Virus record (IMG/VR): IMGVR_UViG_3300037418_000950 | Strand: one strand, 5' to 3' | DNA: 60,814 bases | From: a virus | Lineage: Duplodnaviria; Heunggongvirae; Uroviricota; Caudoviricetes | Shown: in pieces, positions 42,491 through 51,258 of the stretch | Numbering within the stretch: the stretch's first letter is position 1 | How the letters are laid out: each line of letters starts with the position of its first letter | Made by a program: the position numbers and the translations under genes | Notes under the pieces: generated by a model | Databases searched by the model: none | What the model saw: only the letters and a program-made list of their open reading frames with translations | Told to the model about the DNA's origin: nothing

Positions 42491-42525
42491 AAAAATGCGC
42501 GGACTAAAGTGTATTTAGCCGCGCA
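42491..42525 (-). terminator. Terminator-like hairpin with embedded late promoter CTAAATA (42512-42518)
   Basis: Minus strand TGCGCGGCTAAA-TACAC-TTTAGTCCGCGCA-TTTTT. Confidence 0.65.
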
Positions 42526-42598
42526 CTAAGTTTTAGACTGGTGTTTATTGTTCTTTTTTATGTACACCAGGATTTTTTTGAAGTCTCATGTAACCCTA

Positions 42599-42943
42599 TT
42601 ATTTAGCACCCGTATTCGGCGGGTTTTCTTCATGGACATTCTCGGGATCGCCTTTGATGGCATTGGTGATCATCGCAATCTTCTCCTTGGTACGCTGCCA
42701 AGTATAGACACCGACGATTGGACCCATCGTCAGATGATAGAAGCCACCGTTCTGAAGCGTCAGAGGCACCCATTGCGTCAAGGATTCATGCATCAAGCCT
42801 TGATATCCCGTCCAAAGAATGGGGGCGATGACAAAATCAAACAAACAGACGACAAGATACTGCCACGCCATGGCGGGCCGCCAGAGACGAATGAACCAAT
42901 AGGTTGGTTTTTTGACAGGAACTTGAATCGTAACTTGTGCCAT
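42599..42943 (-). CDS. Small membrane protein, putative holin-like
   Basis: WRPAMAW..LVVCLFDF...PLTLQNGGFYHLTMG.IVGVYTW.RTKEK; hydrophobic segments. Confidence 0.6.
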   Translation of the reverse strand: MAQVTIQVPVKKPTYWFIRLWRPAMAWQYLVVCLFDFVIAPILWTGYQGLMHESLTQWVPLTLQNGGFYHLTMGPIVGVYTWQRTKEKIAMITNAIKGDPENVHEENPPNTGAK

Positions 42944-44226
42944 TAGTAATTGATGAATATCTTGAATGGAGCCGCAAACACCTTCACCACCTGAGAAACA
43001 GTGCCATTCGAACTTAAATGACTACCGTCGCCATTGTATGTAGCTTTGATCGTGTGTGTTCCGACCGAGAGTGTTGACGTGGAGATTTGCGCCTGGGTCC
43101 CCGACATAGCCGACGTGCCAATAGTATTGGCACCGTCCGTGAACGTCACCGTTCCCGTCGTGCCCGCACTAACAGTCGCCGTGAAGGTAACAGGACTTCC
43201 AACTCCACTTGGGCTTCCTGAGGTTGTCACAGACGTTGTTGTGGTTGACTTCGGTGTGTACGAAATCGCGATAAGACCATCACCGCCACCGCCGCCAGTC
43301 AGTGAGTTTATATCGCCGCCGCCCGCGCCCCCACCGCCGCCTCCGTACCAGCCGCCCCAACCCGCGGTCGTGGTGTTGATGCCGCCACCACCGCCACCGC
43401 CTGAACCAACAGAACCGTTGGCAATTCCTGTGCCGTCATCCCCTTGGATGCCAGGGCCGCCGCCAGCCCCACCTACACCACCGTCGCCATCGCCACCGCT
43501 ACCAGGGGTACCGCTTGTACCGACGCCGCCCGTACCACCGTTGAAACCCACGCCATGCGGACCCGCCGCACCACCGCCACCACCGCCAGGACGTTCGGTA
43601 CCAGTATTAGGCCCGCCGTCGCCGCCGTAATTATCACCCCAACCACCTGCACCGCCCCAACCGCCGTTAGCTGCACCTCCGCCTTCACCGCCGCCTCCAG
43701 CGGAGACAACATTTGTTAGATCGGTGTCCTCACCAGGAACACCATTATTTTGAGCCGTGCCACCAGCGCCACCACGTCCAATAGTGTAAGGAATCACCGT
43801 GCCTGGAGTTAGCGCTACGTTTAGGGCTCTTGTCCAACCACCGCCACCAGCGCCCCCGCCACCACCAAAGCCACCACCAGCACCACCGCCACCACCACCT
43901 GCACCAATGGCGTCAAAGCGATTGGACCCATTGTTCCAATTGGCAGGAACCGTCCAGTTGCCCGACGCCGCAGTCAGAAAGACGAACGCCGAATAGGCGA
44001 TGAATTGGGGTTTCTCAGCCTTCTTATTCGTTTCGGCTGAGGATATTTGAACACTCAGTTCATCATTATGATTGAGAGTATATTCAGTTTTTAGGTGAAA
44101 AGTCGCGCCAAGGATACAAAAAGTAGCTACTGAAACGAGGGCCGCTTTGCGCAGTTTCTTGAGGGTCGATATCTTATTGGGAACGTCTAGGACAACCCAT
44201 ATTGGACGCTTATCGTTATCAAACAT
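42943..44226 (-). CDS. Glycine-rich fibre/adhesin-like protein with C-terminal Ig-like domain and N-terminal hydrophobic segment
   Basis: WTVPANW...IGAGGGGGG; VTFTATV...GTVTFTDG...LSVGTHTIKATYNGD (Big_3-like). Confidence 0.7.
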   Translation of the reverse strand: MFDNDKRPIWVVLDVPNKISTLKKLRKAALVSVATFCILGATFHLKTEYTLNHNDELSVQISSAETNKKAEKPQFIAYSAFVFLTAASGNWTVPANWNNGSNRFDAIGAGGGGGGAGGGFGGGGGAGGGGWTRALNVALTPGTVIPYTIGRGGAGGTAQNNGVPGEDTDLTNVVSAGGGGEGGGAANGGWGGAGGWGDNYGGDGGPNTGTERPGGGGGGAAGPHGVGFNGGTGGVGTSGTPGSGGDGDGGVGGAGGGPGIQGDDGTGIANGSVGSGGGGGGGINTTTAGWGGWYGGGGGGAGGGDINSLTGGGGGDGLIAISYTPKSTTTTSVTTSGSPSGVGSPVTFTATVSAGTTGTVTFTDGANTIGTSAMSGTQAQISTSTLSVGTHTIKATYNGDGSHLSSNGTVSQVVKVFAAPFKIFINY

Positions 44227-45248
44227 TATGAAGTTTTAAGCACCTTTAGAAAGATCGTGACTTGCTTTGAAGTAGTAGCCGACGACACGTTGAATGCAAA
44301 AATATCACCTGCCGAGAACGTGTTGGCCGTCCAGCCTGTGGGTGACCCTTGGTTCTTGGTTGCTGATGATAATGTGATTGGCGTGTTGGCACTGATCTTG
44401 TCAGAAGCGACCGAGGGATGCGTTGCACCCGCGTCAAACGCCGTGTACGTCGTTTTTAGAACGTCAATCGAGACTGAACCACTTTCTTGACCGATGATAG
44501 ACCAACCGAGGATGGTGCCACCGTAATCAAACGGTCCTAAGTAACGCCCTGTAAATCCTGTGGTAATAACGTTGGTGCCGTCACCAAGGGCCACACCAAT
44601 ATCAATTGTAGCGGGTAGAATGGCTTTACCATTGACCGACACACCCGTTGAGGTGATCGATGTATTGACTGACGAGTTGCCGAGAAGAATACCACCTGCC
44701 GAAATGGCGACGTTGGACCCGACGCTAATAGATGTACTATTGACGACCGTTGTGCCTATCGACCAACCAAACTGATTGCCGATGGCATTGACTGACGAGT
44801 TGCCAAGAAAAATCTGGGCCGAGTCCATGAACACGTTGGAACCAACACCGATGGCCGTGGTGTTGGATGTGATGATACCAATCTTGAAGATTGTTGAGTT
44901 GGCAAAGGCATTGACTGACGAGTTGCCGACTGTGATACCAACCGCGCTATCAATGACGCACATATTGTTGAGGTTGATCGCCGTGGCGTTGATCGTCGTC
45001 GAGCCGACCACAAAGCCGTTGGCCTGCACATTGGCAGCACCCCCGACACTGATGACCGAGCTATTGGCGATGACATTGACCGACGAATTGCCAATAACAA
45101 GACTATCGTTCTTCAACGCAGCATTGCTGCCCACGAACAACCCCGATGAGTTGCCCGTAACAAAGACGACAGTATTGTTGGAAATTACGAGTGTGTTATT
45201 AGCTTGTAGACCGTTGCGGCCTATGAAAGGTTGTTGAGTGACAGACAC
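44226..45248 (-). CDS. Tail fibre-like protein with (I/V/L)GNSSVN repeats
   Basis: Four or more GNSSVN(A/V/T) repeats, Asn/Val/Ser-rich. Confidence 0.7.
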   Translation of the reverse strand: MSVTQQPFIGRNGLQANNTLVISNNTVVFVTGNSSGLFVGSNAALKNDSLVIGNSSVNVIANSSVISVGGAANVQANGFVVGSTTINATAINLNNMCVIDSAVGITVGNSSVNAFANSTIFKIGIITSNTTAIGVGSNVFMDSAQIFLGNSSVNAIGNQFGWSIGTTVVNSTSISVGSNVAISAGGILLGNSSVNTSITSTGVSVNGKAILPATIDIGVALGDGTNVITTGFTGRYLGPFDYGGTILGWSIIGQESGSVSIDVLKTTYTAFDAGATHPSVASDKISANTPITLSSATKNQGSPTGWTANTFSAGDIFAFNVSSATTSKQVTIFLKVLKTS

Positions 45249-45300
45249 TTTCCCTATCCAGTGTTGTTATGATTTTCATTGTAAGGAAAGTTCACTTACC

Positions 45301-45307
45301 TATTTAG
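45301..45307 (-). promoter_or_regulatory. Late promoter CTAAATA
   Basis: Intergenic heptamer. Confidence 0.55.
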
Positions 45308-45312
45308 GATTT

Positions 45313-45939
45313 TTAGGCACCTACCGAGTCAAGAATTGCTTGAATGTCGGCGGCAGTGTTGGCAGCATCGATTTGAGCTTTTAGAGTCAAGGATTGAGTG
45401 TGCCAAGCTTGGAAGGCCAACGCGGCGGTAACGCCGAACTGAATGACTGTGTTGGCGTCCATTTCTACCTGAGAATTGTCAGCCGCTGTCCAAGACACTG
45501 AATAAGCGGTGTTGGACATGTTAGAAATCAAAGCCATCGATACCGCACCTTCGATGTTGGTGCGTGATATAGGATCGGATTGAAAAACAACATTGGCAAA
45601 CGTAAACCCACTATCTTGCTGGACAGTGCGCCAATCGAGAATACGCGCCTTAGCAGTCGCTTGCATGTCAGCAAGTGGCGGTTCGACGAACAACACCGTT
45701 TCAGTGACTGTGAAAGTATTGGCATCGTAAGAAACGTTTGATCCGTTAGGAACGTGTAGAGGTGTAGGCTGGTTGGACACGAGTATCTTATTGGCAAAGG
45801 TATAAGCACCAAATGTCATGCCAATGTCAGGATTGGCTGTGATTGTGACCTTATCGGGCCAAACGATAAATGGTGGAACTGTGTCGCCGTAGTAACTGAT
45901 AGAAATGTACAGCGGATCAGTAGAAATTATGGCGTACAT
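45313..45939 (-). CDS. DUF4376-type tail fibre assembly/chaperone-like protein
   Basis: FQSDPISR...WTAADNSQVEMDA...LKAQIDAA.T.ADIQAI. Confidence 0.7.
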   Translation of the reverse strand: MYAIISTDPLYISISYYGDTVPPFIVWPDKVTITANPDIGMTFGAYTFANKILVSNQPTPLHVPNGSNVSYDANTFTVTETVLFVEPPLADMQATAKARILDWRTVQQDSGFTFANVVFQSDPISRTNIEGAVSMALISNMSNTAYSVSWTAADNSQVEMDANTVIQFGVTAALAFQAWHTQSLTLKAQIDAANTAADIQAILDSVGA

Positions 45940-46815
45940 TTATTTTCCGATAGCCGTATAATAGACGTTGGTAGTTGCCGTTGAGGTGATCACATTGAAC
46001 CCCGACGTGCTGACAGCGTTGACAAACGTATCGTTGGCCAAGGCTTTACCCTGCGCAGTTACTTGAACTGAAAAAACGGCAGTTGGGAACGTCAAGGGAA
46101 ATGTAAAAGCGCCACCAGCGCCCGTCGTGGCGACGCCAAATCCCCATTGATAGATCAGACCGTTTGGCATATACGAATAACCATTGGCTCCAATAGATGA
46201 CGCACCAAACATGAGTGCAGTAGAATTCAGAGTTGCGGTGACTGAACTATTACCAACAACGAAGGCCAGGGAATTGATGACGGCGTTAACCGTCGAGTTA
46301 CCGATGGAGACAAAATCGGAATTGACCGTGAGATTGCCCGTCAGAACTTCATTTTGCATCGTGACCGTGTTGGTCGTCTTGTCGAAGTTGAATGAATTCG
46401 AACCTGCAAAGCTTCCCGAGTCATCGTATTGAATGTTGGTGTTTGATCCACCAGGGGAACCGCTACCGCCAGCGGGCTTCTTCCACGTGCCATCCGAGGC
46501 AGGAAAATAGCCACCGTCTGAGACCTGGGCCGCAGTCGGTCTTACGACAGACCATGTGACCGTCGAATTGGCGAGAGTAAGGGATGATGAATTGGTAACG
46601 CAATTGACCGTCGTGTTGCCGACTCGGAACGACGCGCCCGCATTGTTGGTAATGGCAAAGTCAACAGTGGTGTTTTGTAGGGCGTCGAAGATTTGGGTCG
46701 CATTGGCTGTGAACAGACGCTTATCGACAAGCTGAACCGCAAGCTCACCAACCGCAAGCGAGCTTGGAACATTGCCACCTATTGTGGAGCTTTTGGTTTT
46801 TACTGTTGTTGACAT
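45940..46815 (-). CDS. Tail fibre protein with C-terminal gp53-like/lectin-like tip domain
   Basis: VPSSLAVGELAV.L.DKRLF N-terminus; NGYSYMPNGLIYQWG...FPLTFPTAVFSV C-terminus. Confidence 0.75.
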   Translation of the reverse strand: MSTTVKTKSSTIGGNVPSSLAVGELAVQLVDKRLFTANATQIFDALQNTTVDFAITNNAGASFRVGNTTVNCVTNSSSLTLANSTVTWSVVRPTAAQVSDGGYFPASDGTWKKPAGGSGSPGGSNTNIQYDDSGSFAGSNSFNFDKTTNTVTMQNEVLTGNLTVNSDFVSIGNSTVNAVINSLAFVVGNSSVTATLNSTALMFGASSIGANGYSYMPNGLIYQWGFGVATTGAGGAFTFPLTFPTAVFSVQVTAQGKALANDTFVNAVSTSGFNVITSTATTNVYYTAIGK

Positions 46816-46826
46816 TTAGCTATTTA

Positions 46827-47882
46827 TTAGTAGTGCCTAAACTGAACCTGATTACCAACACCAGCCGTAGCCAATTTCATTGTGACTTGATTTGTTGTGT
46901 TTATTGTTATAAAATTGGTGTAGGAAATAATGATAACGCCGTTGCCACCGTCACCGCCTATACCTGTTCCTGACGGACCCCATGCAGAACCACCACCGCC
47001 ACCGCCATAAAGGCCACCTTTACCACCTGAACCGCCGCCGCCTGAATCTTGACCGCCACCTGAAGCACCGCCGCCACCAGGACCAGCTATCGAGCTATCA
47101 GAGGATTGAATCCATCCGATACCAGCACCACCGTCACCGCCATTAGTTTTACCTTGACCGCCGCCTCCGCCGCCTGACCCATTGACACCAGGAGAACCGT
47201 TAGAGCCTGATGCGCCGCCAGCGCCACCAGGAGAACCGTCTGTACCTGAGACACCACCAGCTTGGCCACTGGTGCCAGACGAGTTGCCGCCGTTGCCGCC
47301 GCCATCCGCGCCACCACCACCTGTACCGCCATTCGCAGTACCGCCGTTGCCGCCGTTGCCGCCGTTGCCGTGAGGTCCCGCGGCTGCACCACCACCGCCA
47401 CCAGAGTCGGCCGTAGTTGCTGCGCTTCCGCCTTGCCCACCTGTACCTAAAAGGTCACCGTTAATACCCGCGCCGCCCGTGGCCACACCAGCGGGTTCGC
47501 CAGAGTTGCCCCCTGAACCACCTCTCGCACTTACGCTTGCGGTTGCCGCCGATGATCCGTTGAACCAAGTGTTGGCACCATCATTGCCATCACCGACAGC
47601 ACCCGTGTTAGCACCGCCTGTACCACCTAAACCAACTGAATATGAAACAGATGTATTGGGGGTCAAAGATAGATTTAATTTTTTGGCATAACCACCGCCA
47701 CCGCCACCACCTGCCTGATGCCCCGCAGCGGCACCGCCGCCGCCGCCACCGCCACCGCCGATGACTTCAATAGAATTACAGGCAGAGTTCCAATCGTCGG
47801 GTACGGTCCATGCCGTACCTGATGTGAGAAAAATAATTGTGGTGATTGCGACGTTGGCTAAGGGGCTAGTGAGAACCGTCAT
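46827..47882 (-). CDS. Glycine-rich fibre/adhesin-like protein
   Basis: FLTSGTAWTVPDDWN...IEVIGGGGGGGG...GGNGVIIISYT. Confidence 0.75.
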   Translation of the reverse strand: MTVLTSPLANVAITTIIFLTSGTAWTVPDDWNSACNSIEVIGGGGGGGGGAAAGHQAGGGGGGGYAKKLNLSLTPNTSVSYSVGLGGTGGANTGAVGDGNDGANTWFNGSSAATASVSARGGSGGNSGEPAGVATGGAGINGDLLGTGGQGGSAATTADSGGGGGAAAGPHGNGGNGGNGGTANGGTGGGGADGGGNGGNSSGTSGQAGGVSGTDGSPGGAGGASGSNGSPGVNGSGGGGGGQGKTNGGDGGAGIGWIQSSDSSIAGPGGGGASGGGQDSGGGGSGGKGGLYGGGGGGSAWGPSGTGIGGDGGNGVIIISYTNFITINTTNQVTMKLATAGVGNQVQFRHY

Positions 47883-48298
47883 TAGTAGGTGAAGTCGTCT
47901 TTCTTCTTGCGGCGCGGGTTCGCAACTTTGGCTTTGTTGTTGTTTTCACGTTCGGAAAGAAGATTTTCATAGCGTTCATTGGCATCGATCAAATTACGAC
48001 GCAACTCATTGCATTGGTCCTGTAGTTCTATCCGTTGAGCAATGACGGTTGCGAGTTCGGTTTGATATTCATCATTTGCCGCATTAAGGTGTGAAGCATA
48101 ATCATCCTTGACGACATTCAATTGTCCTTCAAAATCCGAACGAAGTTGATTCTCTTTTTCAATAAATTCTTCTTCACGTTGTCGTTCACGTTCGCCAGCC
48201 ATTGTAAGCTGGACTTCAAGGACGATTACTTTTTTTGTTAGTTCACATACATTGTCATTTAATTTTTCGATGTATTTGTTGATCAAGTCAGTTTCCAT
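47882..48298 (-). CDS. Coiled-coil hypothetical protein
   Basis: 138-aa heptad-rich ORF with AAGGA SD. Confidence 0.7.
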   Translation of the reverse strand: METDLINKYIEKLNDNVCELTKKVIVLEVQLTMAGERERQREEEFIEKENQLRSDFEGQLNVVKDDYASHLNAANDEYQTELATVIAQRIELQDQCNELRRNLIDANERYENLLSERENNNKAKVANPRRKKKDDFTY

Positions 48299-48320
48299 TA
48301 CATTCCTTTTTTATTTCAAG

Positions 48321-49619
48321 TTAGAAAGTTCCACAGTCGATTGTTGCGTTCCATGCAACGCCACCGCCCGAGGTCCATTGGATCAAGCTTCCGTCTGTGG
48401 CAGGCACAGAAAGCTTGTTAAAGCCGTTGGTCGAGTTGGCGACCAGGATATCACCCGATGTAAACGACGCGAGTCCTGTGCCGCCCGACGTGCCCACCAA
48501 GGGCGTTGTCAGAGTAATTGAGTTGGCAACCAGCGAAACCGCATATGTTGAGTTCGCGCCAATGAAGACACCCGAGCTATTCGAGATAAGATTGCCAGAC
48601 GCAAGGTAAGCTCTAAGGGTCGCAACCGCGAGAGACGTGTTGGCTGTATCGAGGGTTGTGGTAGGCTCGGCCAACGTATTCGAGAACAGCATGAAGTTGC
48701 CGTTCGACGCGTCATAGACCAAACCACGATAACGGTTGGAACCGTCGTTATAGAGACCATAGAAGCCGATATCGATGGTGTCGGTGGCGTTTTGATCCGC
48801 CAGCTTGATCATCGAGTCCTTGACTTGAAGGTTGGTCGCGTCAACAGTTGTGACCGTGCCAAGCACCGTCAAGTTGCCCGAGACGTTCAGGTCTTTGACC
48901 GCCAGATTGGCGTTCGGGATCGAGACGTTCGCACCCGTGAATGAAATATTCGCAGCCGAGTTGACTTGGGCACCGTAGAGCAATCCTGCACTGACACCCG
49001 TCGCATTGACCGTCTGCACGCCATTGAGGGTTAGGGCGACTGAGTTGACGGTTGCGTTGACCGATGAATTGCCAAAGGATGCCGCGCCGCCATTGAACGC
49101 AATGACCGTGCTATTGGAAACAATGTTGATCGTCGAGTTACCAATGGTTAGGGCTTCGGCAGCCTTATTCCATGCGAATAGCGCATCGGCACCAAACGAC
49201 CCCGAGTCATTGAATTGGATTTGGGTGTTAGAACCACCAGGATTGGTCGTGCCACCTGTGACCTGAGACCAACCACCGCCAGAGTTGGGAAAGTAGTCAC
49301 CCGATGAAACTTGGGCGGCTGTAGGCTTGGTTAGCGAGAATGTAACGGTCGAATTGGCAAGGGTAAAGGCGATGGAATTGACAGTTGCGTTGACGGTAGA
49401 GTTACCGAACAACATCTTATCAATCATGTTGCTGGAGTTCGTGACGACCGCCTGATTGGCAGTCAGAACACCAGGAACACGCTTGCCACCGATTGCAATG
49501 ATAGCACCATTCGAACCGATGTAAAAAACGTCACCATTGGCCGAATAGGCTGGTTCGCCATTGGCCAATGATGCGGGAATTGCGGTGTTTAAGCTTCGCT
49601 TAAGTAGAATGGTAGACAA
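48321..49619 (-). CDS. Tail fibre-like structural protein
   Basis: ILLKRS...PASLANGEPAY N-terminus; DLNVSGNLTVLGTVTTV...VKDSMIKLA; IDCGTF end. Confidence 0.75.
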   Translation of the reverse strand: MSTILLKRSLNTAIPASLANGEPAYSANGDVFYIGSNGAIIAIGGKRVPGVLTANQAVVTNSSNMIDKMLFGNSTVNATVNSIAFTLANSTVTFSLTKPTAAQVSSGDYFPNSGGGWSQVTGGTTNPGGSNTQIQFNDSGSFGADALFAWNKAAEALTIGNSTINIVSNSTVIAFNGGAASFGNSSVNATVNSVALTLNGVQTVNATGVSAGLLYGAQVNSAANISFTGANVSIPNANLAVKDLNVSGNLTVLGTVTTVDATNLQVKDSMIKLADQNATDTIDIGFYGLYNDGSNRYRGLVYDASNGNFMLFSNTLAEPTTTLDTANTSLAVATLRAYLASGNLISNSSGVFIGANSTYAVSLVANSITLTTPLVGTSGGTGLASFTSGDILVANSTNGFNKLSVPATDGSLIQWTSGGGVAWNATIDCGTF

Positions 49620-49640
49620 TTAGTGAATCCTATTTCGGAG

Positions 49641-49808
49641 TTAGAAGGTTCCGCCGTCGATATCACTCGCATCTGCATTGCTTCCATCAAAAATTATCTC
49701 ATTCTTTACTATCTTCGGACTGGTGATCTTGATATTTAGGTTTTTGGGTTTCCCAACTTTGACGTGCTTCTGGCGCGGCTCATTGATTTTAATACGTGGA
49801 TTAGCCAC
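49641..49808 (-). CDS. 55-aa protein ending in DGGTF motif (below ORF-track cutoff)
   Basis: Hand translation from GTG: VANPRIKINEPRQKHV...DASDIDGGTF. Confidence 0.5.
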   Translation of the reverse strand: MANPRIKINEPRQKHVKVGKPKNLNIKITSPKIVKNEIIFDGSNADASDIDGGTF

Positions 49809-50127
49809 GGGTCACCTGCGGAGTTAGAGTAATCTGCCCCTCCATGATGCGATGCACTGTATTCGATACCACATCCGTCAATTCCACATCATAGAAGTAT
49901 CGGCCAGCTACAATGTTTGAGGAAACACTAGCGGCAAGGGATAAGGTCAGAACCGAGTCGGCAACGGTACACACAAACGAATAGGCGTTCGATGACGTGT
50001 AGTTCTTACGCATCATCGCCTGGGCAGTGTATTCGGTTTGATCGGGGTCGCCGTTATCGTCAAAAAGATCGATATCAATGGCAAAATCTGAACCTTGATC
50101 AATGATTAAATCGAAGCGTTGTGACAT
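49801..50127 (-). CDS. Conserved virion structural protein (beta-sandwich type)
   Basis: LIIDQGSDF...AQAMMRKNY.S...AGRYFYDVEL...RIMEGQITLTPQVTR. Confidence 0.75.
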   Translation of the reverse strand: MSQRFDLIIDQGSDFAIDIDLFDDNGDPDQTEYTAQAMMRKNYTSSNAYSFVCTVADSVLTLSLAASVSSNIVAGRYFYDVELTDVVSNTVHRIMEGQITLTPQVTRG

Positions 50128-51053
50128 TAAGCCCCCAGATGCGTGCGCGCCATCGATACCGTTGCATTGGCGACGGTCGGGGTAAACTGAATGATGACGT
50201 GAGTTGAGTTAGTCAGAGCCGAGAAACTACCTAAGTCTTGATCGGAATAAATTTCACCGTATTCCGTCATGAAGGCATTGACACCGTTATGCGTACACAA
50301 AAGTTTGGTCACCATGCCTGTGCCGTTGGCGTTGTCCTTACATGAAAATAGATATTCAACCCCTCGAAACGTCGCCATGGCAAAGCTATCAACGTTTTGC
50401 GCCGTCGTGCCTGTTGTAATCGCATTGGCAAAACGAAACTTGTCATTGAAGAAAGTATTGGAAACCGAGTCACCAATCGCTGCCGTGAAGATGCCCGAGC
50501 TATTTTGCACCGTGAACGCCGTGGTGTTTATCGTGGCATTGACGGTTGAGTTGCCAACCGAAACAAGGTTGGTTGTGATCGAGACGTTGCCGACCGTTAC
50601 ACTGTTGGACACCACACTGTTGGAATTGAGAAGCGTAATGCCGCCAGTCGTGGCATTGACAGTCGTGGCATTGACCGCCGTCGTTAAAATCTTAGACGAG
50701 TTGGCAAAAGTGAAGACCGAGCTATTGCCGATATTCAAGACACTGGTGTTGGCCACAAAGTTCGCGCCGATGCTCAGAGACGTGGTCGCGGTGATGTAAC
50801 CCGTAACATTGACGTTCGAACCAATCGCGAGGTTGTCCGAACTCTGTACGTTGCCGCCTCGGAGCCCCGCCGTCGCAAGTGTGTTGGCGAAAAGAATGCC
50901 CGACATATACGCGTTGCCAGAGGTGACGGCACCGTTGGCATTGTTATTGGCCGTGACGATTTCTGTTGCCAGAGCATTGATTAGGGCGTTCGTTTTGTCT
51001 AACCAGACTTGAAATGTATCGGTGGTTGCGACAGTCGTGAGTGACTTAGCCAT
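50127..51053 (-). CDS. Tail fibre/collar-like structural protein
   Basis: VATTDTFQVWLDKTN N-terminus; GNS(S/T)V repeats; conserved C-terminal EYGEI domain. Confidence 0.7.
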   Translation of the reverse strand: MAKSLTTVATTDTFQVWLDKTNALINALATEIVTANNNANGAVTSGNAYMSGILFANTLATAGLRGGNVQSSDNLAIGSNVNVTGYITATTSLSIGANFVANTSVLNIGNSSVFTFANSSKILTTAVNATTVNATTGGITLLNSNSVVSNSVTVGNVSITTNLVSVGNSTVNATINTTAFTVQNSSGIFTAAIGDSVSNTFFNDKFRFANAITTGTTAQNVDSFAMATFRGVEYLFSCKDNANGTGMVTKLLCTHNGVNAFMTEYGEIYSDQDLGSFSALTNSTHVIIQFTPTVANATVSMARTHLGA

Positions 51054-51258
51054 TTATCTTGTTTATTACCTGCAACAGTAGCGATTTGATTTCTGTGATA
51101 TCAGTTTCCAACTTTTCAACTTTCGCAGTAAGTTCGTTGTTAGACAAAATTTTCGAACGTTGGGCCAAGTAAATCTGATAGTCACCTACATCTTTATTTA
51201 TGACCATTCCTGTTTTCTGATCTTTCACATAACCAGGAATGTTTGTCTTGACGATCAT
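51046..51258 (-). CDS. Small conserved T4-like virion-region protein
   Basis: PGYVKD..TG.VIN.D...Y...LETDITEIKSLL. Confidence 0.7.
   Translation of the reverse strand: MIVKTNIPGYVKDQKTGMVINKDVGDYQIYLAQRSKILSNNELTAKVEKLETDITEIKSLLLQVINKING

Noticed and set aside
42943-51053. Diversity-generating retroelement or invertible fibre switch
   Set aside because: No reverse transcriptase, template/variable repeat pair, invertase or inverted crossover sites seen in this window
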